Below are positions 50,483 to 61,357 of a stretch of 64,000 nt of DNA, piece after piece. The notes beneath the pieces are model-generated. The model searched no databases. It was not told the DNA's origin and saw only the letters and a list, made by a program, of their open reading frames with translations. The translations under genes and the position numbers were made by a program. Source of the DNA: Verrucomicrobiota bacterium. GTDB taxonomy: Bacteria > Verrucomicrobiota > Verrucomicrobiia > Limisphaerales > AAA164-E04. The stretch covers positions 3,872,001 to 3,936,000 of the forward strand of contig CP170459.1 in the NCBI GenBank assembly GCA_047947115.1. The letters are read 5' to 3'. The first letter of the stretch is position 1. Each line of letters starts with the position of its first letter.

Positions 50483-52348
50483 TTGAATGCGATGTTTATG
50501 TTTCGATCAGCTAATTCAGAGATGCTTCAAGGCGGAGTAAGGATTCTGCGTCATTCGAATTCATCCGGGATGGTGTTGTTCAACGACCCTCTTTGGAAGG
50601 AGTGGCGGAACCTGATCATATGCCTGATGTTGATGTGCCTGGCTGGTGGAAGCCATGCTTTGGCTGCTCAGATCGGGGCGGTGGTTTCGCCTAACCCGGT
50701 GGCTGCGGGTGAGTCAACGGTGTACCAACTTCAAATCGCCAACGCCAAAGCCGATCAATTGCCTGAATTTCCGGATATCGATGGATTGGAAGTCAGTTAT
50801 GCCGGACAGAGCTCCAACTCCAGGACCGTCTTTTCGGGAGGACGCATGCAGGCGTTCAATACATTGATCTACCAATGGCGTATCGTACCGCAGAAGGAGG
50901 GGGTTTATCTGATCCCGCCACTTGAGGTGGTGGTGGATGGCATTAAGCAGCAGACAAGTTCTGTTCAACTGCGCGTTTCCAAGGCGGTTGATTACAGTCA
51001 ATACGCGTTTATTCAAATGAATCTTCCCAAGAAGCAGTTTTATGAAGGAGAACCTTTTGCCTTTTCCATTGATCTCTATGAATTGAACGCAAACGTCCAG
51101 CAGGCTCCTGACCTGGTTTCCGACGGATTTGTTGTGGAACGGATTTCTGATAACCTGCGCCAGACCCGGCAGGTGATCAATGGCAGGACCTATAATGTGT
51201 GGAGTCTCGATTATATCGCACGTCCTGTTCGTAATGGAGAGCTTCAGTTGGGACCAGTCAGTTGGCCTGCCAGTCTGGTGTTTCGTCAGCAGTCGAGATC
51301 TCGAGGGATCTTTGATTCTTTCTTTGACGATTTTAACGCCAAACGTCGGGATGTGACCTTGACGGCTGAGGGTGAAAGCCTGAAAATCCTTTCGCTCCCC
51401 GCTGAGAATCGACCGGACTCATTTAATGGCGCGATTGGGAACTACACAATGGATGTCAACGCCACCCCCACCGAACTCACCACAGGCGACCCCTTGACCA
51501 TTACCATTCGCATCAGTGGAACCGGTCCGTTGGATGCGGTTCCCATGCCTCCCATCGACCATTGGGAGGGATTCAAAACGTATCCACCCAATGCCACGAC
51601 GGAAGCTGTGGATAAAACTGGCTTGAAGGGAGTTCGTATTTTTGAACAAGTGATTATCCCTCAAAGCAGCGACATCAAAGAACTGCCCGCCTTGGAGTTT
51701 TCCTATTTCGATACGACCAAAAGCATTTACGAAACTCTCACGGAACCTGCCATTCCATTGATGATCAAGGCCAACCCCAATGCTCCTTCCATGCCCACAC
51801 AATCCCTGGAGATTACCGGTGAATCCGGCCTGCCAAAGCCAAAGGCCAAGGATGTGGTGCCGATCAAACCCTTTTTGGGAAACGTGGTGATCAGTCAAAC
51901 GCCTTGGTTGATGAACCCCGGTTTTTATTGGCTGCAGTTGACGCCACTGGCTTTGTTGGGTGTGGCCTGGGGGATCCGGCAGTTGAGTGACAAATCCAGT
52001 AAGGATGTCCATGGACGCCGCAAACGGAAGGCCGATCAGTTTATTAAATCGAAACTGCCCGAACTGGACCGTCTGGCTCAGTCCAATGACAGCGACGCCT
52101 TTTTCGAATTGATGTTCAGATTGATCCAGGAACGGCTCGGACAATGCCTGGACCAACCGGCCAGTTCCATTACCGAATCGGTTCTGGAACAGGCTGACAA
52201 AATCCAGGGACTGACGGAAGAGGATGTCGAGCAGTTGCATGCTCTGTTCCAGGCCTGCAATCAGGCACGCTACGCACCGGTTCGATCCTCCGAAGCGTTG
52301 GCTGAATTCGCTGGAAAATGCCGTTCTTTGGTGACCCGAATCGGTTGA
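50483..52348 (+). CDS. batD: BatD-like protein
   Basis: LP...P.SFNGAIG.Y, FSYFD, C-terminal TM and ARYAP. True start is probably downstream. Confidence 0.85.
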   Translation: MNAMFMFRSANSEMLQGGVRILRHSNSSGMVLFNDPLWKEWRNLIICLMLMCLAGGSHALAAQIGAVVSPNPVAAGESTVYQLQIANAKADQLPEFPDIDGLEVSYAGQSSNSRTVFSGGRMQAFNTLIYQWRIVPQKEGVYLIPPLEVVVDGIKQQTSSVQLRVSKAVDYSQYAFIQMNLPKKQFYEGEPFAFSIDLYELNANVQQAPDLVSDGFVVERISDNLRQTRQVINGRTYNVWSLDYIARPVRNGELQLGPVSWPASLVFRQQSRSRGIFDSFFDDFNAKRRDVTLTAEGESLKILSLPAENRPDSFNGAIGNYTMDVNATPTELTTGDPLTITIRISGTGPLDAVPMPPIDHWEGFKTYPPNATTEAVDKTGLKGVRIFEQVIIPQSSDIKELPALEFSYFDTTKSIYETLTEPAIPLMIKANPNAPSMPTQSLEITGESGLPKPKAKDVVPIKPFLGNVVISQTPWLMNPGFYWLQLTPLALLGVAWGIRQLSDKSSKDVHGRRKRKADQFIKSKLPELDRLAQSNDSDAFFELMFRLIQERLGQCLDQPASSITESVLEQADKIQGLTEEDVEQLHALFQACNQARYAPVRSSEALAEFAGKCRSLVTRIG

Positions 52349-53359
52349 TTGGTTGAAATTATGATGATCAAGTTTGTCAAAATATGGGGTGACCCCATCA
52401 AGGTTTGGGCAATCTGCGTCTGCCTGATTGGATCAAGTGGTGCGGTGGCCCAGCAAGAGCCGGTGTCCCGGGCGACATCCGAAGATGTTGAGGCGGAAGA
52501 TCCGGTAGCCCGGTCATATCGACAATTGCTTGAACTCGATGATGCGGCCTTGACCGAAGTGGATGAGTGGATTCGCAAGGCCAATCAGACTCAGGACGGT
52601 GTCAACGATCCTTCGCTGATCAACCTTCCCGCCAAGATCGAGCAACGTCTGAAACCCGTTCGTAAAGCTTACGATGAATTTATTGAAAAGCATCCCGAAC
52701 ATGTGGGAGTGCGTTTGGCTTATGCCAGTTTTTTGACGGATAGGGGAGATGAAATGGCTGCAGTCCCGCACTTGACCAAAGCCACTGAATTGGATCCCGA
52801 TAATCCCGCTGCATGGAATAATCTGGGCAATCACTATGGTCACATGGGACCGGTGAAGAAAGCCTTTGAATGCTACCAGAAAGCCATTCAATTAAACCCT
52901 GATGCCGCCGTTTATTACCATAACTATGGAACCACGGTCTATTTGTTCAGAAAGGATGCAAAAGAACATTTCAGCATTTCGGAGGAGGAGGTGTTTGATA
53001 AGGCTCTGGAACTCTATGCCGTAGCACTTAAGAAAGACCCGAACAACTTTGATCTCGCAGAGGACATCGCCCAGACCTACTACGGCATTCGTACCCAAAC
53101 ACCTCCCAGAAAAATGGCACGTCCAAAAGAAGCGCTGGAGGCATGGGATTACGCCCTCAAGATTGCTCCCGGGGAAAATGAAAAGCAGGGGGTTTACATA
53201 CATCAAGCGCGCATATTACTGGGATTGGATCAAGTGGCTGAGGCGCGCCAAGCGTTGGACAAAGTGAACCTGCCTGTCTATCAAGGACTCAAAGAACGTA
53301 TTCTCGGCAATGTAAACGAACGGACGGACGAAATCCTTCCACCGGCCGTTTTGAGGTAG
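52349..53359 (+). CDS. Exported TPR protein
   Basis: ELDPDNPAAWNNLG, YQKAIQLNPD. Confidence 0.85.
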   Translation: MVEIMMIKFVKIWGDPIKVWAICVCLIGSSGAVAQQEPVSRATSEDVEAEDPVARSYRQLLELDDAALTEVDEWIRKANQTQDGVNDPSLINLPAKIEQRLKPVRKAYDEFIEKHPEHVGVRLAYASFLTDRGDEMAAVPHLTKATELDPDNPAAWNNLGNHYGHMGPVKKAFECYQKAIQLNPDAAVYYHNYGTTVYLFRKDAKEHFSISEEEVFDKALELYAVALKKDPNNFDLAEDIAQTYYGIRTQTPPRKMARPKEALEAWDYALKIAPGENEKQGVYIHQARILLGLDQVAEARQALDKVNLPVYQGLKERILGNVNERTDEILPPAVLR

Positions 53360-53552
53360 CCCACCCCGGTGGGGTCCACAGCATCCGTATTCAAGAAAGA
53401 GCGAGAGAACCGTCTGGGAATTCCTTGCGATTTGCACACCTGCTTCCGGAGGATCGGCAACTTTTCCCTGCCTGCCCAAAACGTTACACTGTTCATTTGG
53501 TATTGTGCGTGTGGTTGGTTTCCCTTAGTTTTGCTGGATCAGGTTACATTTT

Positions 53553-54737
53553 ATGAAACGCACAAAAACCACCTTTCAGACCCTGCTGCGGGTTTGCACC
53601 TTGGCTGCCATTTCGCTGCTTGTTCAAACTGGCAATGCCGAATCGTTTAACAGCACTGAATTGTTGGAAAAAGCAGGTGACAACGCAGCTCAGATTCAGT
53701 CCGCACTGGACAAGACCCCAGCCTCTCAGCGGGAAGGGATGGAGTTTCTGTTGACCTACATGCCTGAACACGATTTGAAATCACTCTCCTCGGATTTTTT
53801 GGTGGAACATGTGGCTTATGCCTACAAGGCATGGCAGGAATCTCCCTGGAAATCGGAAGTGCCCAAGGATATTTTTCTGAACAACATTCTGCCTCACGTG
53901 AGTATCAATGAAAGACGTGATGCCTGGAGAAAGTCATTTTACGAACGTTTCAAACCGATGGTGGAAGGCATTACCTCTCCAGGGCTGGCGGCGGCGCGGT
54001 TGAATCAGAAAATATTTCCTCTGTTGGGTGTCAAATACTCAACCAAGCGCAAGAAAGCGGATCAAAGCCCTTTCGAAACCATGGAATCGGGTCTGGCCTC
54101 CTGCACCGGGCTGTCCATTCTGCTCATCGATGCCTGCCGTGCCGTGGGTATTCCGGCCCGGTTTGTCGGAACACCCCTTTGGTCGGACGGCAGCGGTAAT
54201 CATTCCTGGATCGAAGTGTGGGACAATGGCTGGCATTTCACCGGCGCAGCAGAACCTGCAGGCGACAATCTGGACCAGGCCTGGTTCATTGGTCGTGCGG
54301 CCAAGGCCGATCGTGAAAACCGACGTCACGCAATTTACGCGGTTTCCTATCAAAGCACGCCTCAACCCTTTCCGATGGTCTGGAAACGCGGCGCTGATTT
54401 TGTGTCCTCCGTCAATGTCACGGATCGTTACACCGACTTGGGCAAATCACTTCCGGATGGTTTCATCAACATGATGTTTAGGATTGTTGATGGGGTGTCC
54501 GGTGATCGCTGTTCGGCACCGCTTCAATTGCAGGACGACAAGGGACAGCTCGTCTTCGAAGGAGCTTCGAAGGATGAACGATTCGACTCCAATGATCATT
54601 TGACCGTTCCCGTCAAGGAAGGTGTCACCTACAAGTTGAAGGTGCCTTCCGAGTCCGGTCAGGAGATCATCCGGACCGTGAAAGCCGAATCAGATGGGCA
54701 GTTGGTGGATCTGAAACTTCCGGCCGAGAAGGAATGA
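53553..54737 (+). CDS. Exported transglutaminase-like protein
   Basis: ASCTGLSILL..ACRAVGIPAR, NHSWIEVW. Confidence 0.85.
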   Translation: MKRTKTTFQTLLRVCTLAAISLLVQTGNAESFNSTELLEKAGDNAAQIQSALDKTPASQREGMEFLLTYMPEHDLKSLSSDFLVEHVAYAYKAWQESPWKSEVPKDIFLNNILPHVSINERRDAWRKSFYERFKPMVEGITSPGLAAARLNQKIFPLLGVKYSTKRKKADQSPFETMESGLASCTGLSILLIDACRAVGIPARFVGTPLWSDGSGNHSWIEVWDNGWHFTGAAEPAGDNLDQAWFIGRAAKADRENRRHAIYAVSYQSTPQPFPMVWKRGADFVSSVNVTDRYTDLGKSLPDGFINMMFRIVDGVSGDRCSAPLQLQDDKGQLVFEGASKDERFDSNDHLTVPVKEGVTYKLKVPSESGQEIIRTVKAESDGQLVDLKLPAEKE

Positions 54738-54762
54738 CCGTTCAAATGTTGCTATCGATACC

Positions 54763-56013
54763 ATGAGTTTTTTAAGGATTTCTCTCTTCCTGCCGGCGAT
54801 CGTTGCATTGACCTCAGCCTGTGCCACGGGCGATACGTTCAATGAACAATCACAAATGGCGATCCATCATTTGGAAACAGCATTGAAACAGGAGACAGTG
54901 GATTGGCAGGTCGTGTCTGGATCAACCTATGCCACGGTGCCGCTTTCCGGCAATGACACCGAGCAGGCCATGAAATTGCTGGGCGAAGCCTATACAAGAC
55001 AATTGCGCTTGGAACGTCAGGCCGAGATGGATGCCCAGACCCTGAAGCATGGTGAATGGTCTATGCGCTTTTTCACGAAAGTGTTTGGCGAAGCTCCGGA
55101 AGGTGGGAGGAGCCTTTTCATTTCCATGCACGGAGGTGGCAATGCCCCGGCACGGGTCAACGACCGACAATGGGAAAACCAGAAGGGATTGTATGAGCCT
55201 GAAGAAGGTGTTTACGTGGCTCCTCGTGCCCCAACGGACACCTGGAACCTTTGGCATCAGGACCATATAGACTGGTTCTTCGAGCGGCTTATCCAGAACA
55301 TGATCGTTTTCCACCATGTGAACCCGAATCGTGTTTACCTGATGGGTTACTCCGCCGGTGGAGACGGGGTGTTTCAATTGGCTCCACGCATGGCCGATTA
55401 CTTCGGAGCCGCGGCCATGATGGCTGGGCATCCCAATGAAACCTCTCCTCTAGGGTTGAGGAATCTTCCATTCGCTTTGTTCATGGGGGGTAAAGATGCT
55501 GCTTATAAGAGGAATCAAGTGGCCGCCGAGTGGAAGGTCCAGTTGCAGGAACTTCAGTCCAAAGATCCCCAGGGATACACCCATTGGGTTGAGATCTTTC
55601 CGGATCATGCGCATTGGATGCAGAAGGATGATGCCGTCGGAGTTCCCTGGATGCATCAATACAACCGTCGGCAATATCCAGAACGCATCGTCTGGAAACA
55701 GGACGACGTTTGGCATGATCGGTTTTACTGGCTGAAGATTCCCGAAAGCGTCAAGAAGGATCGGGCGGAAACCATCGCGTCGGTCAACCAACAGACTTTT
55801 CATATCGACAAAGCTGAAACGGCCAAACTCAGTATTCTGCTGAATGACTCACTGGTGAATCTTGATCAACCCGTACGTGTCGTGCAGGGAGAGAGGGTCT
55901 TGTTTGAAGGCAAGGTAAGGAGAACCATTCAAAATCTGATCAGTTCACTGCTCGAACGAGGCGATCCTACCTACATGTTCAGCAGTGCCATTGAACTGGA
56001 ACTGGACGAATAG
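54763..56013 (+). CDS. Alpha/beta hydrolase (esterase-like), probable lipoprotein
   Basis: MHGGG, GYSAGG nucleophile elbow, lipobox-like LTSAC. Confidence 0.8.
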   Translation: MSFLRISLFLPAIVALTSACATGDTFNEQSQMAIHHLETALKQETVDWQVVSGSTYATVPLSGNDTEQAMKLLGEAYTRQLRLERQAEMDAQTLKHGEWSMRFFTKVFGEAPEGGRSLFISMHGGGNAPARVNDRQWENQKGLYEPEEGVYVAPRAPTDTWNLWHQDHIDWFFERLIQNMIVFHHVNPNRVYLMGYSAGGDGVFQLAPRMADYFGAAAMMAGHPNETSPLGLRNLPFALFMGGKDAAYKRNQVAAEWKVQLQELQSKDPQGYTHWVEIFPDHAHWMQKDDAVGVPWMHQYNRRQYPERIVWKQDDVWHDRFYWLKIPESVKKDRAETIASVNQQTFHIDKAETAKLSILLNDSLVNLDQPVRVVQGERVLFEGKVRRTIQNLISSLLERGDPTYMFSSAIELELDE

Positions 56014-56026
56014 GATTCAGGTGCAC

Positions 56027-56581
56027 ATGGATAATTTGCAACATACCGTTGATGAGCTGAGACGCATGTCAGAAGCTGAGCTTGCCGGTGTTGGCGAGGA
56101 TAGCTTGAAAATGCGTCTGCACGAACAGGGGGAGGAAGCAAGGGGTAAGTATGGAAAACTATCCGCCGGAAATCTGGAGTCGTTTTTATCTGATCCTGAT
56201 TGCGTCCGTTACCCGACAAGGTTGGTTTTGGAATACGGAGAAATGGGGATGCATCAATTTGCCCATCCGGATCTCGATATCCGGGATGAATCCGGTCGCG
56301 GACGAGTGATATACATACGGCCCATGCTGGGGAAACGCCCTGACCTTTTGGCTCTGGCCGTTTCTTACGTGATTCCCGTGATTAACTATGGTGAAATCAT
56401 TGGAGATGAACACTGTCAGGTCTACGGAGCGTCTTTGATGAACATGAGCGAAGGGGAATATTATGACGCCATCTGTCATTTGGCTGATTTTGTAGGAGCG
56501 GAAGAGCGGTATGCTGAGGAGGAATCAGGCGCTTCATCTTCATGCGGCATGGGGGGCGGCTGTGGTTGTCACTCTGATTGA
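56027..56581 (+). CDS. Hypothetical protein with Cys-rich tail
   Basis: Operonic ORF ending in CGMGGGCGCH. Confidence 0.7.
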   Translation: MDNLQHTVDELRRMSEAELAGVGEDSLKMRLHEQGEEARGKYGKLSAGNLESFLSDPDCVRYPTRLVLEYGEMGMHQFAHPDLDIRDESGRGRVIYIRPMLGKRPDLLALAVSYVIPVINYGEIIGDEHCQVYGASLMNMSEGEYYDAICHLADFVGAEERYAEEESGASSSCGMGGGCGCHSD

Positions 56582-56632
56582 GCACTCTTTGACGCACAAC
56601 ATGTAAAGGACCATTACCAACAGAATTCACAA

Positions 56633-57472
56633 TTGCCAATGATTCGAGTCAGCACCATCAAAATGTTCGTTTTAAACAAAGTCAGTTTCGCCGTCTGGTT
56701 CGCGATCCTTTCGTTCTTCATCGACAGTCAATCCCAAGCAGACCAGGAGCAAAAGCCTGTATTGCTTTACAGCCGGTATTACAATGCGGAGGGGGAAACG
56801 CGATATCTTCCGGATGGAACTTATAGGGACATACTCGCTTCATTAGGTGAGGAATTTGACGTAAGAGTTCACCCCGAACGACCCAGTAAAAAGGTGTTGA
56901 AGGATGTGGATGTCATCCTGATCTCCAACCCCAGCCTGAACGCCGTCAATGATCATCCGGCCCCTGCACACCTGGATAAAACCGATCAGAAGGTGTTGCT
57001 CAAGTTTGTCAAGCAGGGCGGGGGGGTGATCGTGATGGGGAACCAGGAAAATCACAATCTGGAAACGGAAAACGTGAACCAGTACCTGTCACATTTCGGG
57101 ATGCGGTGGGCCGACGTTTATACGGATGCCAAGGGACTGGTCATTCCGGAAGAAACGCCTGTCGTCGGCGGATTGAAATGGGGGTACTATACGGGAAATC
57201 AGATTCAACTGACCCATGCCCGTGGGGTGCAACGATGGGCTGTTCTCAATGATTTGAACCAAGCCCCTCCAATAGGCAAACGCGATGCCGTGGGTGTGCT
57301 GCTGGCAGGGGCACAATATGGAAGAGGGCGATTGGTGGCGGTTACTGATTCGGGATGGATAATCAATTCGGTACTGGATGGGAAAGGTCTGGGAGGGGTT
57401 GTTATCCAGAATGATGATAATTTGGAAATGATGAAACGGCTCTGTCGTTGGGCGGCAGGAGAGTCAGAATAA
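56633..57472 (+). CDS. Exported DUF4350/class I GATase-like fold protein
   Basis: DVILISNP, FVKQGGGVIVMG, GRGRLVAVTD. Confidence 0.65.
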   Translation: MPMIRVSTIKMFVLNKVSFAVWFAILSFFIDSQSQADQEQKPVLLYSRYYNAEGETRYLPDGTYRDILASLGEEFDVRVHPERPSKKVLKDVDVILISNPSLNAVNDHPAPAHLDKTDQKVLLKFVKQGGGVIVMGNQENHNLETENVNQYLSHFGMRWADVYTDAKGLVIPEETPVVGGLKWGYYTGNQIQLTHARGVQRWAVLNDLNQAPPIGKRDAVGVLLAGAQYGRGRLVAVTDSGWIINSVLDGKGLGGVVIQNDDNLEMMKRLCRWAAGESE

Positions 57473-57542
57473 TCCTTGTTTTTGATTGCAGATTGGGTTG
57501 CTTGGCGAAGTTTTTTCGAGTTGACCGAACTGATATTCAATC

Positions 57543-57752
57543 ATGCTTAAATTTTTAAAAACGAATTGGCCTTTGCTGTTACTGGCGTTGATCGCTTCCT
57601 TGATCATGGACAGGATCCTGGAAATCCGGAGAACCGACCTTCCGGGCATCAAACGGCTGGAGCAAGAAGAAGAAAACCGTAATCGTCCCACTCAATCAAC
57701 GCGCCCGCATGAAAAAGAATCGGGGGCGCGTCCACAACCTCCGTCTCAATAA
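57543..57752 (+). CDS. Small single-TM protein
   Basis: N-terminal hydrophobic helix; fills the gap between same-strand genes. Confidence 0.5.
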   Translation: MLKFLKTNWPLLLLALIASLIMDRILEIRRTDLPGIKRLEQEEENRNRPTQSTRPHEKESGARPQPPSQ

Positions 57753-57766
57753 ACCAGTCTTCGTTC

Positions 57767-60700
57767 ATGAATCAATCCATGCGTTTAGTCCTACCGGTTC
57801 AGTTTACTGGCTACAGTTTGCTGATTGCTTGTGCATCGTACTTTTCAACGATGGCATTGAGTGCAGCCGAAGACCCTTTCAGTGCGGGTGTCCGACCGAC
57901 CGACCCGTTGACACCCAAGCAGGAAAAAGCTGCTTTTCAATTGCCACCAGGTTTTGAAATAGAGCTCGTTGCATCAGAGCCGGACATCGCGAAACCCATG
58001 AACATGGCCTTTGATCATCAGGGCAGACTATGGGTAACGGATACCTTGGAATACCCGTTTCCCGTAACGTTGGATCAGGAAGGACGGGACTCGATCAAGG
58101 TCCTGAACGATACCAATGGCGACGGTCAATATGATGAGGTCACCACGTTTGCCAGCGGATTGAATATACCAATTGGATTGTATCCTTACAAAAACGGAGT
58201 ATTCGCGTGGAGTATTCCCAACATATGGTGGATTGAGGACACGGACGGTGATGGGAAAGCCGATAAGAAAGAAAGGCGATACGGTCCACTCGGATGGGAA
58301 CGGGACACGCATGGGATGAACTCTTCCTTCACGCGTGGGTTCGACGGGTGGATGTACGCGACACACGGATTCAACAACAACACCACTATCCGCGGTAGTG
58401 ATGGAAGTGAAATTGTCATGAACTCCGGCAACACCTATCGCGTTCGACTGGATGGAAGCCGTGTCGAACAGCACACGTTCGGGCAGGTGAACCCGTTCGG
58501 AATGTGCCTGGATCCGCTCGGTAACTTTTATACGGCCGATTGTCACAGCGCGCCTGTTTATCAGTTACTACGGGGCGCTTACTATCCGAGCTTCGGAAAG
58601 CCGCATGACGGATTGGGGTTTGCTCCGGCACTCATGACGCATGCACATGGATCCACCGCCATCTGCGGGATTGTCTTCTACGATGATGATCAATGGCCGA
58701 TGGAATATCGGGAAAATGTGTTCATCGGCAACGTGATGACCAGCCGTTTAAATCGCGATATCCTGCTTGCGAAAGGATCCTCCCGTCAGGCAGTGGAAAT
58801 GCCGGATCTGGTCAAGACCAGCGATCCCTGGTTTCGTCCCGTCAATCTTCAGCTGGGTCCGGATGGGTCACTTTACATAGCGGATTTTTACAACAAGATC
58901 ATCGGACATTACGAAGTGCCCCTGAAGCATCCCGAGCGAGATCGCGAACGGGGCCGCATCTGGAAGCTCACCTACAAAGGCGCTCCCGGCAGGACTGCCG
59001 ACGGGCATGGATTGTTAAACTTGACCACCATGCCGCTGGCCGGGGTGATCGAACAATTGGGGCATCCGAACATCACCCGACGTATGCTGGCGACCCACTA
59101 CCTTGCGGATCATCTGGGTGAAACTGCCGGTCGCAGATTGCGCCGCATGTGGAATCAGGGAGAGATGAAACAGTGGCGGCAGCGGGTGCATGCGCTCTGG
59201 GTAATGGAACGGTTGGGGATGGCGGGGAACGAGATCGTTGGCGACGCAGTGCATGATGCGTCCATGGAGGTGCGGACGCATGCGATGCATTTGTTGGCTG
59301 AAAGAAAACGTTGGTCTCCTGACCAGGATAACTGGGTGGTGCTGGCGTTGCAGGACGATGATACCAATGTGCAGCGCGCTGCGGCCGATGCATTGAGTCT
59401 GCATCCTTCGTTTGACCATATTCGTCCTTTGCTCAAAGTGCGCGAAACGCCTTCAATGGATGACCCTCAATGGCTCCACGGCATGCGTTTGGCTCTGCGG
59501 AATCAATTGAATGCTCCGCATGCCTGGCAGCGGGTGGCGCAATTACGTTGGACGGCCGATGAGCAGCAACGTCTGGCTGATGTGGCTCAGGCGGTTCAAC
59601 ACGAGGGAGCGGCTGATTATTTGATTCGATTAGCCTCAAACATGGATTTGAATGAGACTCTCTTGTTGAACGGGTTCAAACATGCCGCCCGCTATGCATC
59701 GGCTGCGGGGCTGGATCAACTGGGTGAATTGGTTCCCGTCAAATACAAGAGTGATCCCGACCTTCAATTGGAATTATTTCAATCCGTAAGACAAGGATTA
59801 CAGGCCAGGGGAGTTGAATTGACGCCTTCCATTCGACAGTGGGGTACTCATCTTGCCGAACAATTTCTGCAGGCAGACGAAGAAGGGCAGGGAGTCTGGA
59901 GTTTTCGTCCGATTCCCAAGCGGAAACGCACACCGAACCCCTGGTTCCTTCAAACTCGCTCCTCTGCGGATGGCGATGAAGCATCCGTCTTTCTCTGCAG
60001 TTTGCCTCCAGGCGGGGAAAGCTATACGGGCACCATGGAGTCTCCGGAGTTTGAAGCGCCAGGTCGGCTGGAATTCTATTTGGCCGGTCATGACGGATAC
60101 CCTGACCAACCACGGAAAAAGAAAAATGTCGTGCGTTTGCTGGATGTTCAGACGGGGCAGTTGTTGAAGCAGGCTTTTGCGCCACGCAATGACACCGCAC
60201 AACGTGTCGAATGGGATTTGAGCGATGTTCACGGAACACGGGTGAGGTTGGAAATTGTGGACGCCGATCGGGGTGATGCATATGCCTGGCTCGCCTTTGG
60301 GAGATTGAAACCCGAAATCATCCCGCTTCCCCATGCCTCTCCGAAAGATCTCGGTCAAAGGCTGTCGGTGGCAGCTCAACTTGCCGGGAATTTGAAGTTG
60401 AATCATTTGAAACCGATGCTGAAGGAATGGATCGTAGGAAACGCACCCGATTCAGAAGTGATGATCGCTGCAGCTCGAGCTTATTGTGCGATGAGTGACC
60501 CGAATCCGGCCGAGCGATTGATCGGTTTCCTTTCCAATGAAGAGATTCCAGAGGGAGCGAGACATCTCATTGCCAAGGCAATCACTGCTGAGGAAGGCCG
60601 GCATGTCTCGGAACATCTGGTTTCAATGGTGTCGATGTTGTCACTCAAACAACAGCAGGAGATGGTCAACGAAATGAGTACACGCCCGGATGCCGCCAGG

Positions 60701-61312
60701 TTGGTGGCAGGTTGGATTGTATCGGGATCAATCTCTGCCATGACGCTTCGAAACGACAATGCTTTGCAACAAATAAAAACGGCGGTGTCGGAGGAAATAT
60801 TTGCCAAACTTTTAAGCAACTTGAGAGCTCTGCCTCAACCGGATGAAAAGATTCAAGACCTCATTGACCAGCGTGTGTCCGCTTTTGACACCGCAGAGGC
60901 TAATCTGGCAAACGGCAAAACACTGTTTGAACAGGCATGCAGTGTCTGCCATCAATTCAACCGACAGGGAGCCTTGGTTGGACCCCAGCTCGACGGTGTA
61001 GGGAGCAGGGGACTCGCCCGGATCACGGAGGATATTCTTGCGCCCAGTCGCAACATGGATCACGCATTTCAGCCGACCCGTCTTATTCTCAAGGATGGTG
61101 AAATAATTTCGGGTTTGCTCAGAAGGGTCGAAGGTAATGTCCAAATCCTGGTGAACGCCGCCGGACAGGAGCTTGCGGTGGACCGATCACAGATTAATGG
61201 ACAGGAGCTTCTGACAACTTCCATTATGCCGGACAATTTCGGTGAGTTGTTCGATGAGCAATCTTTCCGCGATCTGGTCGGGTTCCTGCTGCAATCCAAG
61301 CCTGATCAATAA
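57767..61312 (+). CDS. PVC-type membrane-bound dehydrogenase / heme-binding CxxCH protein
   Basis: LPPGFEIELVASEP, DTDGDGKAD, DPWFRPV, GPDGSLYIADFY, HEAT-like repeats, CSVCH, MPDNF. Confidence 0.92.
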   Translation: MNQSMRLVLPVQFTGYSLLIACASYFSTMALSAAEDPFSAGVRPTDPLTPKQEKAAFQLPPGFEIELVASEPDIAKPMNMAFDHQGRLWVTDTLEYPFPVTLDQEGRDSIKVLNDTNGDGQYDEVTTFASGLNIPIGLYPYKNGVFAWSIPNIWWIEDTDGDGKADKKERRYGPLGWERDTHGMNSSFTRGFDGWMYATHGFNNNTTIRGSDGSEIVMNSGNTYRVRLDGSRVEQHTFGQVNPFGMCLDPLGNFYTADCHSAPVYQLLRGAYYPSFGKPHDGLGFAPALMTHAHGSTAICGIVFYDDDQWPMEYRENVFIGNVMTSRLNRDILLAKGSSRQAVEMPDLVKTSDPWFRPVNLQLGPDGSLYIADFYNKIIGHYEVPLKHPERDRERGRIWKLTYKGAPGRTADGHGLLNLTTMPLAGVIEQLGHPNITRRMLATHYLADHLGETAGRRLRRMWNQGEMKQWRQRVHALWVMERLGMAGNEIVGDAVHDASMEVRTHAMHLLAERKRWSPDQDNWVVLALQDDDTNVQRAAADALSLHPSFDHIRPLLKVRETPSMDDPQWLHGMRLALRNQLNAPHAWQRVAQLRWTADEQQRLADVAQAVQHEGAADYLIRLASNMDLNETLLLNGFKHAARYASAAGLDQLGELVPVKYKSDPDLQLELFQSVRQGLQARGVELTPSIRQWGTHLAEQFLQADEEGQGVWSFRPIPKRKRTPNPWFLQTRSSADGDEASVFLCSLPPGGESYTGTMESPEFEAPGRLEFYLAGHDGYPDQPRKKKNVVRLLDVQTGQLLKQAFAPRNDTAQRVEWDLSDVHGTRVRLEIVDADRGDAYAWLAFGRLKPEIIPLPHASPKDLGQRLSVAAQLAGNLKLNHLKPMLKEWIVGNAPDSEVMIAAARAYCAMSDPNPAERLIGFLSNEEIPEGARHLIAKAITAEEGRHVSEHLVSMVSMLSLKQQQEMVNEMSTRPDAARLVAGWIVSGSISAMTLRNDNALQQIKTAVSEEIFAKLLSNLRALPQPDEKIQDLIDQRVSAFDTAEANLANGKTLFEQACSVCHQFNRQGALVGPQLDGVGSRGLARITEDILAPSRNMDHAFQPTRLILKDGEIISGLLRRVEGNVQILVNAAGQELAVDRSQINGQELLTTSIMPDNFGELFDEQSFRDLVGFLLQSKPDQ

Positions 61313-61357
61313 GACGCATCCGTCAGTCGTTAAGGACTGTCAAGGTGTGGAGGAGGT

